From positions 1 to 36,513 of the forward strand of contig CAMDMO010000001.1 of assembly GCA_945902255.1 (NCBI GenBank): 36,513 bases of DNA. The letters are read 5' to 3'. Both the position numbers and the translations under genes were made by a program. The stretch is from Rickettsia typhi. Lineage in GTDB: Bacteria > Pseudomonadota > Alphaproteobacteria > Rickettsiales > UBA1997. Below the pieces are notes generated by a model, which saw only the letters and a list, made by a program, of their open reading frames with translations, did not search any database and was not told where the DNA came from. Below, one piece after another: positions 36,486 through 36,513 of the stretch. The number at the start of each line of letters is the position of its first letter. The stretch's first letter is position 1.

Positions 36486-36513
36486 AATTTTATTTAAGAA
36501 AGTTAAACTTTCT

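Noticed and set aside
1-36513. CRISPR arrays, rRNA genes, IS elements, transposases, integrases and prophage genes
   Set aside because: No regularly spaced repeats, no rRNA-like conserved stretches, and no ORF with transposase, integrase or phage motifs were seen on either strand.

Overview
Visibly AT-rich bacterial chromosome segment. It is most consistent with an alphaproteobacterial intracellular or endosymbiont-type lineage (Rickettsiales/Holosporales-like), because it has a virB4-virB6 pair, ampG, and rpsL-rpsG-fusA with no tuf after fusA. This placement is inference only. The left third (1-11323, minus strand) is one co-directional array, cysG-cysH-cysJ-cysI-cysD-cysN-cysK-cysE-acs-panD, covering assimilatory sulfate reduction, cysteine synthesis, acetate recycling and beta-alanine synthesis. 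My top candidate for a new regulatory system lies in its leader: an unannotated 11-codon ORF, MPSFAACCCCC, with five consecutive Cys codons, which looks like a cysteine-sensing leader peptide. The operon is also interrupted twice by a REP-like palindromic doublet (GGGGTCAGACCCC / GGGGTCTGACCCC). The middle holds housekeeping genes: nrdB with tandem NrdR-like boxes, a ModA-like binding protein, peroxiredoxin, ubiB, queA, ubiE and tRNA-Thr. It also holds a type IV secretion pair, virB4 plus a giant Cys-rich virB6-like gene with no virB3, followed by ampG, a stand-alone hslV and tolB. The right third has a HaeIII/NgoPII-like (probably GGCC) type II R-M cassette. It is bracketed by a direct repeat that duplicates the start codon region of yejB, and it is preceded by a GC-rich structured spacer. 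Next come an orphan yejB, a CNNM/CorC-type protein and the str operon, where a 567-aa two-domain gene (putative glycosyltransferase plus beta-propeller) sits between rpsG and fusA. No rRNA, CRISPR array, transposase or integrase was seen. All coordinates for small elements were counted by hand.
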